DNA of 64,000 nucleotides from Candidatus Uhrbacteria bacterium (GCA_026395055.1 JAPLZK010000001.1:17527-81526); one strand, 5' to 3'; positions 9,663 through 20,069 are shown, counted from the stretch's first letter. Numbers and translations: made by a program. The notes: a model not told the origin generated them from the letters alone.

Positions 9663-11096
9663 ATGATCTCTGCCCAATCTTTAGCAAAAAACTTCACCAT
9701 TCAAACCGCCGGAAAGATTTTTTCCATTTTAATCGGGCTCGCAACCATTGCGATCCTGACACGAGCCCTCAGCACAGAACAATTTGGGGAATACACAACC
9801 ACAACAACATTTCTTCAATTCTTTGGCATCCTCGTAGACTTTGGTTTCACCCTTACACTCCTTGTCATGATTTCCGAAAAAGGAGCACACGAAGAACATG
9901 TCATAGGAAATTTTCTTGGTCTACGTCTTGTCTCTGGTTTCATCCTCTTTGCATGTGCCCCAATCATTGTTCTCGCGCTTCCTTACTCATCAACCATTAA
10001 ACAAGCCGTTACCTTTGGGGCATTTGCTTACTTCCTGATGGGAGGTGCCTCCCTTCTTGTTGGAATATTTCAAAAATATGAAGCCATGTGGCGCGCAGCG
10101 CTCGCGGAACTTATCAATCGTTTTGTTCTTCTTCTCACAATCATCATCCTTGCATGGTTCCACTTCGGAGTGATCGCCTTTGTTGCCGCAATGATCCTTG
10201 CAAATGCCGTTTGGTTTTTCGTCATGATTCGATTCGCTAAACCATTCATCCGTGTTCGTTCACGTTTTGAAATCACGGCCTGGAAAAAAATCCTTTCGCG
10301 CAGCTGGCCCATTGCCGTCTCGATCATTTTTAACTTGATGTATTTAAAAGGAGATATTTTACTGCTCTCCTTGTATCGAACACAGGTAGAGGTTGGATTA
10401 TATGGTGTCGCGTATCGCATCATCGATATCCTCACCGTTATTCCAACCATGTTCATGGGATTACTCCTTCCATCCCTCACACACGCTTGGACAAATGGAG
10501 ACCATGAACAATTTCGCTCAAAGCTTTCACGCACCTTTGATCTCTTTATGATCTTTGTGATCCCAATCATTGCGGGTGCACAAATTGTTGGGGTAAAGTT
10601 AATCCAATTCATCGCGGGTGCTGGCTACGAACAATCCGGCGAAGTCATGAAGATCTTGATTCTCGCTTTATTTGGCGTATTCGTTGGGACTTTATTCGGC
10701 CACCTGGTTGTCGCCCTCAACAAACAACGTGCCATGATTTTTGGCTATGCTTCTGCGGCCATTCTCACGCTCGCTGGCTATCTTTTTACCATTCCTCGCT
10801 ATGGAATGTACGGCGCGGCGTGGATGACCGTGTTCTCGGAACTGTTTATCGCGATGGTCACGTTCGTTGTTGTGTACAAAACATCACGCGTCCTTCCGCA
10901 CCTCGGCGCATTTCTTAAATCCGTCTTCGCCGCACTCGTCATGTCGGGTTTCCTTCTCATCCTTCCCTCCATCCATGTGATCCTCGACATTCTCTTTGGA
11001 GCACTCGTGTATTTCGTGGTGATGATCCTTATTCGTGGAATCAATCTTGAGGATGCACGTCTTTTGTTACCGGGACGTTCTAAAAAATCCGTATGA
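9663..11096 (+). CDS. Polysaccharide flippase (Wzx/MOP family)
   Basis: Many TM helices; RALSTEQFGEY, DFG, VGLYGVAYR. Confidence 0.9.
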   Translation: MISAQSLAKNFTIQTAGKIFSILIGLATIAILTRALSTEQFGEYTTTTTFLQFFGILVDFGFTLTLLVMISEKGAHEEHVIGNFLGLRLVSGFILFACAPIIVLALPYSSTIKQAVTFGAFAYFLMGGASLLVGIFQKYEAMWRAALAELINRFVLLLTIIILAWFHFGVIAFVAAMILANAVWFFVMIRFAKPFIRVRSRFEITAWKKILSRSWPIAVSIIFNLMYLKGDILLLSLYRTQVEVGLYGVAYRIIDILTVIPTMFMGLLLPSLTHAWTNGDHEQFRSKLSRTFDLFMIFVIPIIAGAQIVGVKLIQFIAGAGYEQSGEVMKILILALFGVFVGTLFGHLVVALNKQRAMIFGYASAAILTLAGYLFTIPRYGMYGAAWMTVFSELFIAMVTFVVVYKTSRVLPHLGAFLKSVFAALVMSGFLLILPSIHVILDILFGALVYFVVMILIRGINLEDARLLLPGRSKKSV

Positions 11097-12352
11097 TGTT
11101 CCTTCTTTTCCTTCTTCTCGCAATCTTTGCCTATCTCACGTGGCGCAATCTTGAAACGGGTATTCTTGTGCTGTGTGCATTGCTCCCGAGTTACTTGATA
11201 CGCTTCACGATCGGGAATATCCCAACAACATTTCTTGAAATGATGACACTGATAGTCATTCTTGTTTGGATCACGCAAAAAAAATGGAAGTTGGATATTG
11301 GAAGTTGGAAAAAAAATCCGCTTATCATTCCAATCACACTTCTTTTGATTGCAGCAACGATTGGAATTTTCCTCTCACCAGACAAACATGCAGCGATCGG
11401 AGTTTGGAAAGCGTTTTATATAGAACCGATTTTGTTGTTCTTTGTGCTTCGTGATGTGTTTACGAGATCCTTCACTTCGTTCAGGATGACGCGGGAAAAA
11501 ATATTTCAAACGTTCGGAGTGAGTGCACTCCTCATTTCCCTCTTCGGACTCGTTCAATATTTTTTCTCCATCGGAATTCCAGCTCCATGGGATCTTGAAC
11601 ACCGCATAACGAGCATATTTGATTATCCAAATGCACTCGCGTTATTTCTTGAACCCATTATTGTCATTTCGTGGTTTGAAATCGTGAGAATTACAAAGGA
11701 AACCACAAGAAACCAAAAGAAACCAAAAGAGTTTTGGTTCTGGATAGCCGTTTCGATCCTCTCGATGACGAATGTTTTTCTTGCACAATCCGAAGCAGGA
11801 CTTGCGGCACTCATTGTCACAGCCGTTTGCATCCTGCTCTTTTCAAGAACCACTCGTCGACAAACGCTTGCATCGATCCTGATCGCGGGCGCACTTGTTT
11901 TCACCATTCCAACATCGCGAACATACCTCATTCAAAAATTCACCTTCAGCGATTCTTCCGAACACGTTCGCCTTTCACAATGGAAAGAAACAATCACTCT
12001 TCTCAAAGATCACCCAATCTTTGGTGCCGGCCTCTCCGGATATCCGATTGTCATGAAGCCGTATCATCACGATCTCCAATATGAAATCTTTCAATATCCC
12101 CACAATATTCTGTTAAACATCTGGGTCGAGCTCGGATTGCTTGGACTGATTGCGTTTGCTCTTCTCGGATTTCAAATTCTTTTCCGCCCCTTCCGCCCTT
12201 TCAGCCTTTTTACATTCCTCTTTCTCGAGATTCTGCTTCACAGCCTCGTCGATGTTCCCTATTTTAAAAACGATCTCGCAATGATGACATGGATCCTGAT
12301 CGCATGTGCCCTCGCTGCACAAACACATACACTCAAAAAATCTTGCTCGTAA
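11093..12352 (+). CDS. O-antigen ligase / Wzy_C family protein
   Basis: RITSIFDYPNALA, RLSQW, HPIFGAG, YPHNILLNIWVELG. Confidence 0.9.
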   Translation: MMFLLFLLLAIFAYLTWRNLETGILVLCALLPSYLIRFTIGNIPTTFLEMMTLIVILVWITQKKWKLDIGSWKKNPLIIPITLLLIAATIGIFLSPDKHAAIGVWKAFYIEPILLFFVLRDVFTRSFTSFRMTREKIFQTFGVSALLISLFGLVQYFFSIGIPAPWDLEHRITSIFDYPNALALFLEPIIVISWFEIVRITKETTRNQKKPKEFWFWIAVSILSMTNVFLAQSEAGLAALIVTAVCILLFSRTTRRQTLASILIAGALVFTIPTSRTYLIQKFTFSDSSEHVRLSQWKETITLLKDHPIFGAGLSGYPIVMKPYHHDLQYEIFQYPHNILLNIWVELGLLGLIAFALLGFQILFRPFRPFSLFTFLFLEILLHSLVDVPYFKNDLAMMTWILIACALAAQTHTLKKSCS

Positions 12353-12355
12353 TCT

Positions 12356-12970
12356 ATGGCAATCTTTAATCGCTCGCTCAAGACAAGCAAATCTTCTCTC
12401 GGTTTTTTTCCCATCCTTCTTGGACTTATTGTCATTGGAACGATTGGCCTTCAGATTTACAACCATGTCCCAACAACCCCAAACGTTCCACTTTTATTGA
12501 AGACCCCAGACATGATTGAACTTTCAAAGTTTGAAGACATCGCGTCACACACACAAACTCCTGTAACGCTTCCAGAAAAATTATTTGGGAGCTCCCTTTA
12601 TCTCATCGGGATTTATCCAAGCATCGCCAAAAACTGGCCTGCGAATTCCGTTTCCATGATTTTTGTGAAGGATAACGCGCGTTTTGTGGAAATGGATGTT
12701 CTTCCAAACACAACACTCGCGTCTGTATCCCCACAATACACAGCTTATCCACAAGAACCTGTTGCCATCGAAGGCGAGCTGAAAGGAACCCTCTTTCATC
12801 TGCGCAGTGGCTTTGATTGCACAACACCAAAACCAAATACTGTTCCGGCCATGTGTCTCATCACAAACATGCTGCTGTTTGAGAAAAATGGAACACTCAT
12901 TCAGATCTCAACAGACGGAAATCACATCACGCAAGGTGAACTCCTCGAGATGGCACGATCCATCAAATAA
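12356..12970 (+). CDS. Hypothetical membrane-anchored protein
   Basis: Single N-terminal TM helix; operonic spacing. Confidence 0.75.
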   Translation: MAIFNRSLKTSKSSLGFFPILLGLIVIGTIGLQIYNHVPTTPNVPLLLKTPDMIELSKFEDIASHTQTPVTLPEKLFGSSLYLIGIYPSIAKNWPANSVSMIFVKDNARFVEMDVLPNTTLASVSPQYTAYPQEPVAIEGELKGTLFHLRSGFDCTTPKPNTVPAMCLITNMLLFEKNGTLIQISTDGNHITQGELLEMARSIK

Positions 12971-12982
12971 AAAACCTCGCCG

Positions 12983-13963
12983 TTATACGGCGGGGTTTTC
13001 TCTTACAACTTCTTTTGAAATGACAGGTGGTTTTTTTATCGGGAATGGTTCACGCCACAATTCATATTGATCATTGAAGGTTTCACGCAGAAGATGATAC
13101 GGATTATTTTGTTTACGTTCGATTGTTTTCTCCTCAGGGAGAACAATTTTTTCATCGCGGATATACTGAGAAACCCACTCATAGCTTTTTGCAAGAATAT
13201 CGAGCGTGCTTTGTTGTTTGAATCGAGCGGCTAATTTCATTTGTGACTCGAGCTGAGTGGAGATCTCATACAAAAGAAGTGCGCGCACGGGATGTTTCTC
13301 GAGTGTACGTTGTTTTCCTTGAACCCATGTGCGCGCAAGGTCTGTCAGGCGTAATGGATCCAAGACCAAAAGAATTTTTGGGACTCTGTGCAATGCACCA
13401 AGAGGTTTTCCATCTGGAGATTGATCGTATTTTATTTTTCCAAGATTTCCAGAACGAACATCTCGTGCAATATACGAAAGTTTATCCAACAAAATATCTT
13501 TGCTTGACGTCGTTGTAAAATCAACAAGAAGCGGTGGTGGTTGTGTCCCCTCACCTTCTGGGAATTTAATGATCATGTCCACCCCCTGAAAGACATCATC
13601 AAAATCAGAGGTGTGTTGGGTGACCACCCCTTCCCCAAACCACTGATTCAAATCAATTTGTTCTGTAAGGATGGCCTCAAGTACGTTTCCACGACGCTGC
13701 CCTGCTTCCGATACGGGATCTTTTTTAAAAGTAAACTTGCGCTTACGATCTTCTACGTCGCGGAGATCACGCGCAACATCCGCCTTCCCATACACAGACG
13801 TAAATGGACCCATCTGTATTTGATCTACCTCAGTTCGAAGCGCTTTTGCATAAGATACATCTAAGACAACCTGATCATTCTCAAGTGCAATTTCCTGAAC
13901 AACCTTTTGTTTTTCCACTTCTTTTGGCGTTCGAAAAAAGGGTTCTGAGCGTGGTCGATCCAT
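12983..13963 (-). CDS. Hypothetical protein, putative PD-(D/E)XK-like fold
   Basis: TSDFDDVFQGVD...VDFT motif shared with the upstream paralog; fold is inferred. Confidence 0.7.
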   Translation of the reverse strand: MDRPRSEPFFRTPKEVEKQKVVQEIALENDQVVLDVSYAKALRTEVDQIQMGPFTSVYGKADVARDLRDVEDRKRKFTFKKDPVSEAGQRRGNVLEAILTEQIDLNQWFGEGVVTQHTSDFDDVFQGVDMIIKFPEGEGTQPPPLLVDFTTTSSKDILLDKLSYIARDVRSGNLGKIKYDQSPDGKPLGALHRVPKILLVLDPLRLTDLARTWVQGKQRTLEKHPVRALLLYEISTQLESQMKLAARFKQQSTLDILAKSYEWVSQYIRDEKIVLPEEKTIERKQNNPYHLLRETFNDQYELWREPFPIKKPPVISKEVVRENPAV

Positions 13964-13972
13964 AAAGCATAA

Positions 13973-15556
13973 TTACGCGGCAAGTTTTTGATTCGCCTTC
14001 TTTTCCAGAGCGACTCGTTGTTCTAAAGCTGCTTTTGCCTTATTCAACTCTCGTAATCGTTCAAATTCTTTTGCGAGAAATTTTATTTCTGGATCAACAG
14101 ATATGTCCCCCTGTTTTCTTTGTCGAATAAGAGATTCATATCTGGCCACCAATTCTTTTTTTGTTGGCACACCATTCGGAAACTCAGTTTGTTTCACAAT
14201 AGGCGCGACTTCTGGTTGCTGTTCCGGTTTTTGCTTCAATAATTCTTTTCCGAATCCCAATGCTCCTCTAAAAAATCTCAGTTCGCCTGCGATAGAAATA
14301 TCTCCAAGTGCCAACCGTTGTACAAGAATGTCATAACGCTCTTGTTGCTTCTCGATTGATAAACGGACCAAACGTTCTTTTGGCCAGATCCCCTTATGCT
14401 CTCCCAATCCTTTAAAAAATTCTGCGCGTGTCTGCTTTTTTTTAGACACTTCCGGTGTTACCACTTCTGTCACGACGCCGACTCCTTTGTTTTCTATTGT
14501 CTGAGCCTTGTCCTGAGAAGATTTCGTATGTTCTTTTTGAACAAGCAGCTTCTGCAGTTTATTTTCTAAATCGAATGTTGGAAGTGCTGCTTTCTTTTTC
14601 TTCGCGATTTTTAATTTTAATTCTAGTTCTTCCATGCGTTCTACATTTTCGGGATCAAAGACATTCTTCACGGAATTTTTAATTGTCTCTGCACCTTGAT
14701 CAACATAGCTTATCTTTGATGGCGAAACGCGTGACGCTGTACGTTGCATGGCCCCGTACTGAGCAGATAAAACTTCAACGAGCTTTGCAGCTTTTGGATT
14801 TCCACTTGCCTCAAGCGCGTGTGCATACGCAAGCTGACCCGCGAGCTGATCTACAATTTCCTTCATAATGGTTTGCCTGACTGGATGTTCTGCAAGAGCT
14901 GTTTGATTTCCTTGTACCCAAAGACGTGCAATATCAACAACATGTTGTTTTTCAAGAGCGAGAACAATTTTAGGAATAAATCGCTTTCGACCCTGAATAC
15001 TTTGATCTACCGTTTGAAAATACGTCATTTCTCCCAATTCCCCCCTATTGAGTTGCGAACGGATCTTTTCCAGTTTCAAACGAATAACCTGCCCTTTTCC
15101 GTGCGTGGCATCAATCGCAAACCCCATGTGTCTTAAGGCTCCATCCTCATTAAACTCTGTCACGAAATCAATGCCATTCGCATAGTCATCGTATTCACAG
15201 GTTTGTTGTGTATTGATGTTCGGCCCGAGCCATTCGTTCAATTCTATTTGTTCAATCACAATGGCTTCCAGGATCTTTCCCAATTGACGCATTTCTCCCA
15301 TTTCCGGATTCGCTGATCCGTGATCAAAAATACCACGAAGGCGCTCAACCTCTTTTGCCTGTGCTCTTAATTGTTTTTTTCCATAAACCCCCTCAAAATC
15401 CTCAACCTGAATCTGATCCGTCTCTGTCTCCAACGCTTTTTGATACGCAGCTTCAAGAACCACTCGATCACTCTCAAGTTCTTTTCCCTCTTTTCCTTTT
15501 TCCCTTGCAGCTTCCTTCGCCGCTTGAAAATGAGCCTCCTGACGAAATCGTTCCAT
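13973..15556 (-). CDS. Hypothetical protein, paralog of 12983-13963 with charged helical C-terminal extension
   Basis: TCEYDDYANGID...IDAT; ILEAI..EQI.LN.W.G and HPVR shared with the paralog. Confidence 0.75.
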   Translation of the reverse strand: MERFRQEAHFQAAKEAAREKGKEGKELESDRVVLEAAYQKALETETDQIQVEDFEGVYGKKQLRAQAKEVERLRGIFDHGSANPEMGEMRQLGKILEAIVIEQIELNEWLGPNINTQQTCEYDDYANGIDFVTEFNEDGALRHMGFAIDATHGKGQVIRLKLEKIRSQLNRGELGEMTYFQTVDQSIQGRKRFIPKIVLALEKQHVVDIARLWVQGNQTALAEHPVRQTIMKEIVDQLAGQLAYAHALEASGNPKAAKLVEVLSAQYGAMQRTASRVSPSKISYVDQGAETIKNSVKNVFDPENVERMEELELKLKIAKKKKAALPTFDLENKLQKLLVQKEHTKSSQDKAQTIENKGVGVVTEVVTPEVSKKKQTRAEFFKGLGEHKGIWPKERLVRLSIEKQQERYDILVQRLALGDISIAGELRFFRGALGFGKELLKQKPEQQPEVAPIVKQTEFPNGVPTKKELVARYESLIRQRKQGDISVDPEIKFLAKEFERLRELNKAKAALEQRVALEKKANQKLAA

Positions 15557-15617
15557 ACGAAATAGTTATGTTACACGCATGATATCAAAAACCGTCGCGA
15601 AGTGCGACGGTGATGAA

Positions 15618-15824
15618 CTATTTCTTTTTCCAAACCATTTTACTAAAGATAAAGATATAGAGTATTTCCAGAATTCCGACGGTATTGATTAGCAACAACG
15701 CCACAAACCAGCGTGCATCTTTCTTCTGCGCGGCTTTCCAAAGCGCAACACCTTTCCATGGAAGCGTCCAGATGGTGAGCGCTCCTAAAATCCAAACGGG
15801 TAAACCGTTTAAAACTTGGTACAT
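15618..15824 (-). CDS. DUF5652-like small membrane protein
   Basis: WTLPWKGVALWKAA...WFVALLLINTVGILEILY. Confidence 0.85.
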   Translation of the reverse strand: MYQVLNGLPVWILGALTIWTLPWKGVALWKAAQKKDARWFVALLLINTVGILEILYIFIFSKMVWKKK

Positions 15825-15833
15825 ATTTCTCTG

Positions 15834-17090
15834 TTAAAAAAGGAATAAAGAAACTCCGGCTGCGAACATCACAATGGTTGCAAGAAGACCTAACACATTC
15901 GAAAGTTTTCCGTTTGTGTGTTTCCCCATGATTTTTTTATTATTTGAAATGAGCAAAATAAGTACAAGAAGAATTGGTGCAACGAGTCCATTCAACACCG
16001 CTGTGTAATACAACACTTTGAAGGGAGGAATGTTTAGGAAATTTACGAACAACCCAATAACCGTCGCAAGAATGATCACGCCATAAAATGCAGGAGCTTC
16101 ACGCCATTTCTTTGAGAGACCGCTTTTCCATCCAAATGCCTCTGCAATTGCATATGAAGCAGAACCCGTAAGAATAGGTACAGCAAGAAGTCCAACGCCC
16201 ATGATTCCGATCATAAACAGGAGCGACGCGAAATTTCCTGCGATTGGGCGCAGCGCTTGCGCTGCCTGTGTTGCTGTTTCAATGTGTGTGATTCCATTTG
16301 CTCCAAGTGTCGCAGCCGCTGTCACGATAATAAAGAACATCATGAGGTTAGAAAAGAACATGCCAATTCCAGTATCGATCCAAAGATCTTTGAAGTCGGA
16401 TTTCACAACGATCGGTTTTCCGATCCCGAATCCTAAAATTTTATGATGTTCAATTTCCTCTTCTACTTCTTCATCCGCTTGCCAGAAAAAAAGATACGGA
16501 GAAATGGTGGTTCCTAAAATTGCGACAATGTTCAGAATATACTCTTTGTTCCAAGAAAACGCGGGGGCAATCGTGGACCATGCAACAAGCATCCAGTCTT
16601 GATGAACTAAAAATGCGGCAGCAACGTAAGAAAGCAAGGAAAGCGTTAACACTTTTAGAAATTTTGCATACATTGGATACGGAACAAAAATTTGCAGAAG
16701 AACCGTTCCGACAGTAATCACAAAGAGCCACAACGCAAATGGAAGTCCGAAGAGTACTTGTGTCGTAGAAGCCATTGCTCCAAGATCCGCACCAACGTTA
16801 ATCGTGTTTGCAATAAACAAAAGCGCCACAGCAATCGCCAGAACTTTTTTGGAATAATATTTTCTGATCACTCCAGAAAGCCCCTCTCCTGTTACCGTTC
16901 CAATTCTTCCACACATTTCTTGCACGATAAGCATGAGCGGAAAAGAAAACAACGCTGTCCAGAGTTGGGTGTATCCAAATTGGGCTCCTGTTTGTGAGTA
17001 CGTGGCGATTCCAGATGGGTCATCGTCTGCGGCTCCGGTGATAAATCCTGGACCAAGGCGTTGCCACAGCGTTTTTTTCTTTTCGATCAT
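15834..17090 (-). CDS. Nramp-family divalent metal transporter
   Basis: GPGFITGAADDDPSGIATYSQ, GTTISPY. Confidence 0.9.
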   Translation of the reverse strand: MIEKKKTLWQRLGPGFITGAADDDPSGIATYSQTGAQFGYTQLWTALFSFPLMLIVQEMCGRIGTVTGEGLSGVIRKYYSKKVLAIAVALLFIANTINVGADLGAMASTTQVLFGLPFALWLFVITVGTVLLQIFVPYPMYAKFLKVLTLSLLSYVAAAFLVHQDWMLVAWSTIAPAFSWNKEYILNIVAILGTTISPYLFFWQADEEVEEEIEHHKILGFGIGKPIVVKSDFKDLWIDTGIGMFFSNLMMFFIIVTAAATLGANGITHIETATQAAQALRPIAGNFASLLFMIGIMGVGLLAVPILTGSASYAIAEAFGWKSGLSKKWREAPAFYGVIILATVIGLFVNFLNIPPFKVLYYTAVLNGLVAPILLVLILLISNNKKIMGKHTNGKLSNVLGLLATIVMFAAGVSLFLF

Positions 17091-17140
17091 ACTCGGGCAG
17101 TATAACAAAAAAACCCTCACATGTGCGAGGGTTTTCGTTT

Positions 17141-18631
17141 TTAAAATCCCGGAAAATAATCTACCCGAATCTGTTTGCTTGGAACCCCCATGGATTTCAC
17201 CAACTTTACATAATTCTCAACCATCATCGGTGGGCCAGAGAAATAAAATGTTCTGGAAAGAAAATCGGGAACCTCTGCCTCAATCAGTTCTTTTGTTATG
17301 AACCCACTCTTTCCTTGCCATGCTGGAGATGGTTTCGCAACAACACAGCTTAAGCGTGCTCCAATCTGATTACAGATCTGATCAAATTCTGCTTTATAGG
17401 CACAATCGTTTTCTGTGTTGATGCAGCAGAACAACACAACGTCTCGTTTTTGATGCGTGGCCGCAAGCTCACGAATCATACTGCGAAACGGCGTGATTCC
17501 AATTCCTCCTGCAATCCAAACCATTTTCCGTGCTGGATCTTTTGGCAAAACGAAATCTCCGGCAAGATTTGAGGCAACAAGCTGATCTCCCGGCTTCATT
17601 TCAAGTAACTGTTGTTTAAACGTACTTGAATGCGCGCGATCAACCCGAACCCCGAGATGAACTTCATCATCAGATGGTGCGGATGCAATCGTAAAAAATC
17701 GACGATTTCCCCGTGAATCTGTTTTGTGAAGCGGAAGGGTCCACTCAAGATACTGCCCTGGATGAAACGCTAATTTTTTATCTGGCGTAAAGACGAAGTT
17801 GCAAACCTGTTCTGTTTCACACGTCATACTCTTAAACGTAAGACGTAAAACTTGTCTTGAACTCACAATATAGGCAAAGATATTTCCAATGAGCAGCGCA
17901 AGTTCTGGAGACATCACGAGTGGGCCCATGGCGAACATCACCATGAATAACACCCCAACTCCTGAACCAAAAATAATCTGATCGCGTTTCATGGCGGGTG
18001 CTGTTCGTGGTTCTGTGAGCATCATGGTTCCAAAAAAGACCAATGGCCAAGAAAGAAAAAGTGAGGAAACAGAAATACCTTGAAGCAAACCTGTTACGAT
18101 TGCCGCAACAGTGAATGCACCAACTTCCTCAAAACGTCTGATCTTTCTTACGACCATGAGTCCAAACACCAATGCAACGGGCAACAACCATGGTGTTGCC
18201 ACCCACCAAATCACCAAAGGGATTTGAAAAAGATCGAATAAAAATGCCGTGATTGCAATTGGGTTAAAGAGATGTTTTCCTCCAATCGCAAAAAGATATT
18301 TTGAGGCTTGCGCAACCAGTGCAACACAAGCGAGCATGAGTGCATTTTGCACGGTCAGCACGGTTGGATCAAATACGAAAAATAATAACAAGGCCGTAAT
18401 GAACATGGATTCCGCATTCATCGCTGCACGTGTTATTTTTGCAAAAAAGACATTTCCTGCAAATGATCCAAACAAAAGAATCACGAGTGCAAGCACCATG
18501 CTCACGACAGAAAAATGCACCTTACCGAACGCGGCAAGGATTATGGAATACCCTGCCTCTATGAAGAGTCCGTACAACATCAACCGATACATGGTGATGC
18601 TGTTTAAAAATTTATCCATAAACTTCATCAT
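17141..18631 (-). CDS. Membrane oxidoreductase: RnfD/NqrB-like N-terminus fused to FNR-type FAD/NAD-binding domain
   Basis: KHLFNP, MLTEPRT, PGQY, RFFTIASAP, IAGGIGITPF, SGPP. Confidence 0.88.
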   Translation of the reverse strand: MMKFMDKFLNSITMYRLMLYGLFIEAGYSIILAAFGKVHFSVVSMVLALVILLFGSFAGNVFFAKITRAAMNAESMFITALLLFFVFDPTVLTVQNALMLACVALVAQASKYLFAIGGKHLFNPIAITAFLFDLFQIPLVIWWVATPWLLPVALVFGLMVVRKIRRFEEVGAFTVAAIVTGLLQGISVSSLFLSWPLVFFGTMMLTEPRTAPAMKRDQIIFGSGVGVLFMVMFAMGPLVMSPELALLIGNIFAYIVSSRQVLRLTFKSMTCETEQVCNFVFTPDKKLAFHPGQYLEWTLPLHKTDSRGNRRFFTIASAPSDDEVHLGVRVDRAHSSTFKQQLLEMKPGDQLVASNLAGDFVLPKDPARKMVWIAGGIGITPFRSMIRELAATHQKRDVVLFCCINTENDCAYKAEFDQICNQIGARLSCVVAKPSPAWQGKSGFITKELIEAEVPDFLSRTFYFSGPPMMVENYVKLVKSMGVPSKQIRVDYFPGF

Positions 18632-18643
18632 ATCTTTTTCCCT

Positions 18644-19513
18644 TTAGGTGATGAATAATTCCGCTGGAAAATCTTGAGACATTTTAAACGTGTATTCTGC
18701 GGAGACAATCAAGTACGCAAAATCAAATTCTTTCTGTAATACCTCTGGCTCCACAAAAAATAAACAGGTTGTGAGTGCGTCGGCGGTGCGTGCATTTTTT
18801 GCAATCACCCAAACAGCAGCAAGATGTTTTGGAGACGTGAGTGTGAACGGATCCATGATGTGATGAAATTGTTTCCATGCACGTCTGTTTCCTGCAGAGC
18901 CACAAATACTTTCATTTCCAATCTGTGCAACACCAATCACGGAGGTTGAGTCATTCGGGTGTTCAAGCCCAACACGAATCTTTTTTTCCGGAACATCTGC
19001 ATGCAGAATATCACCCCCTGCATTGATCGTAAATGCAGAAACCCCATTTCGTTGCAGTAAATCCCCGACAATATCAATCAAATATCCTTTTCCCGCCGCC
19101 CCAACATCAATAAGAACAGGTTGTTTAATAAGAAGTTTTGGAAATGCGTATTCCATTGCCAATTCCCAATGCATTGGTGAAGACAAGGATTTTGGCTCGA
19201 GAGAATATGTTGCATCATAGCCCGCATCCGATAACACATTTCCAATGAGAGGTGTTACGGATCCGTTCGTAAGCCGATACATTTTTTCATAAAGATCGAA
19301 CAGGGGTTTTGCATCGTCTGGCAAAACGTATTCTCCTGATTGTTTTGACATGCTCGCAATCAACGAGTCATCACGAAAACGCGAATAGTGTTTGTCGTAA
19401 ACAGCAATGCGCTTCTGTATCAATTTAAAAATATCCGATGCTTGCGAATCGGATATTTCGGTCAGGAGATCAATTTTCCAGTGTGTGCCAATGGCTTCAA
19501 ACTCCCAAGTCAT
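18644..19513 (-). CDS. apbE: FAD:protein FMN transferase (ApbE family)
   Basis: EAIGT, YSRFR, GAAGKGY, NAGGD, HHIMDP, ADALTT. Confidence 0.9.
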   Translation of the reverse strand: MTWEFEAIGTHWKIDLLTEISDSQASDIFKLIQKRIAVYDKHYSRFRDDSLIASMSKQSGEYVLPDDAKPLFDLYEKMYRLTNGSVTPLIGNVLSDAGYDATYSLEPKSLSSPMHWELAMEYAFPKLLIKQPVLIDVGAAGKGYLIDIVGDLLQRNGVSAFTINAGGDILHADVPEKKIRVGLEHPNDSTSVIGVAQIGNESICGSAGNRRAWKQFHHIMDPFTLTSPKHLAAVWVIAKNARTADALTTCLFFVEPEVLQKEFDFAYLIVSAEYTFKMSQDFPAELFIT

Positions 19514-19514
19514 A

Positions 19515-20069
19515 TTATCTTTGTGCTTGCGCTTTGATTTTTGCAAGAGCATCCATAAATCCAATTGGGGTAAGAGATGATCCAGAAACAGTGTCAACTT
19601 GAACAGAATCAATTTTCATTCCAACAACAGCACTTACTTGTGTGGAAAAATAATTTTGCCAATTTTTGGATGTGCCGTTTCTTGCTTGTGGAGTAGCGCT
19701 GATTGCCGTAATGACATCATTTTTTAAGGTGAGCGATATACCAATGGTTTCTGGTCCTCCAGGAGCAACATAATTTCCGTTTGCGGAATAAGAACCATCT
19801 TTGTAGGTACTTTTTTGTGTTACAGGAGGAGTTGCTGTTGCGTCAGGGGTTGGAGCGGGTGTTGGCGTCTGTGTAGGTGAGGAGGTCGTTGTCTGTTCTG
19901 GTGCTGGAGCAGGGATCTGCATGGTTGGTGTTGTTGTAGCAGGTATTTGTGGTGGTTGGTCATCAAGCCCAGATCTTGCGGACATCATGAACGCGACGAG
20001 TCCGCCAAGGACCGCAATAATAACAACAAGGATAAGCCATTTTTGTGCAGGATTTTTTTGAGGTTCCAT
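19515..20069 (-). CDS. Membrane-anchored FMN-binding domain protein
   Basis: TM helix, Pro/Thr linker, YKDGSY, flavinylation-type VDTVSGSSLT motif. Confidence 0.82.
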   Translation of the reverse strand: MEPQKNPAQKWLILVVIIAVLGGLVAFMMSARSGLDDQPPQIPATTTPTMQIPAPAPEQTTTSSPTQTPTPAPTPDATATPPVTQKSTYKDGSYSANGNYVAPGGPETIGISLTLKNDVITAISATPQARNGTSKNWQNYFSTQVSAVVGMKIDSVQVDTVSGSSLTPIGFMDALAKIKAQAQR

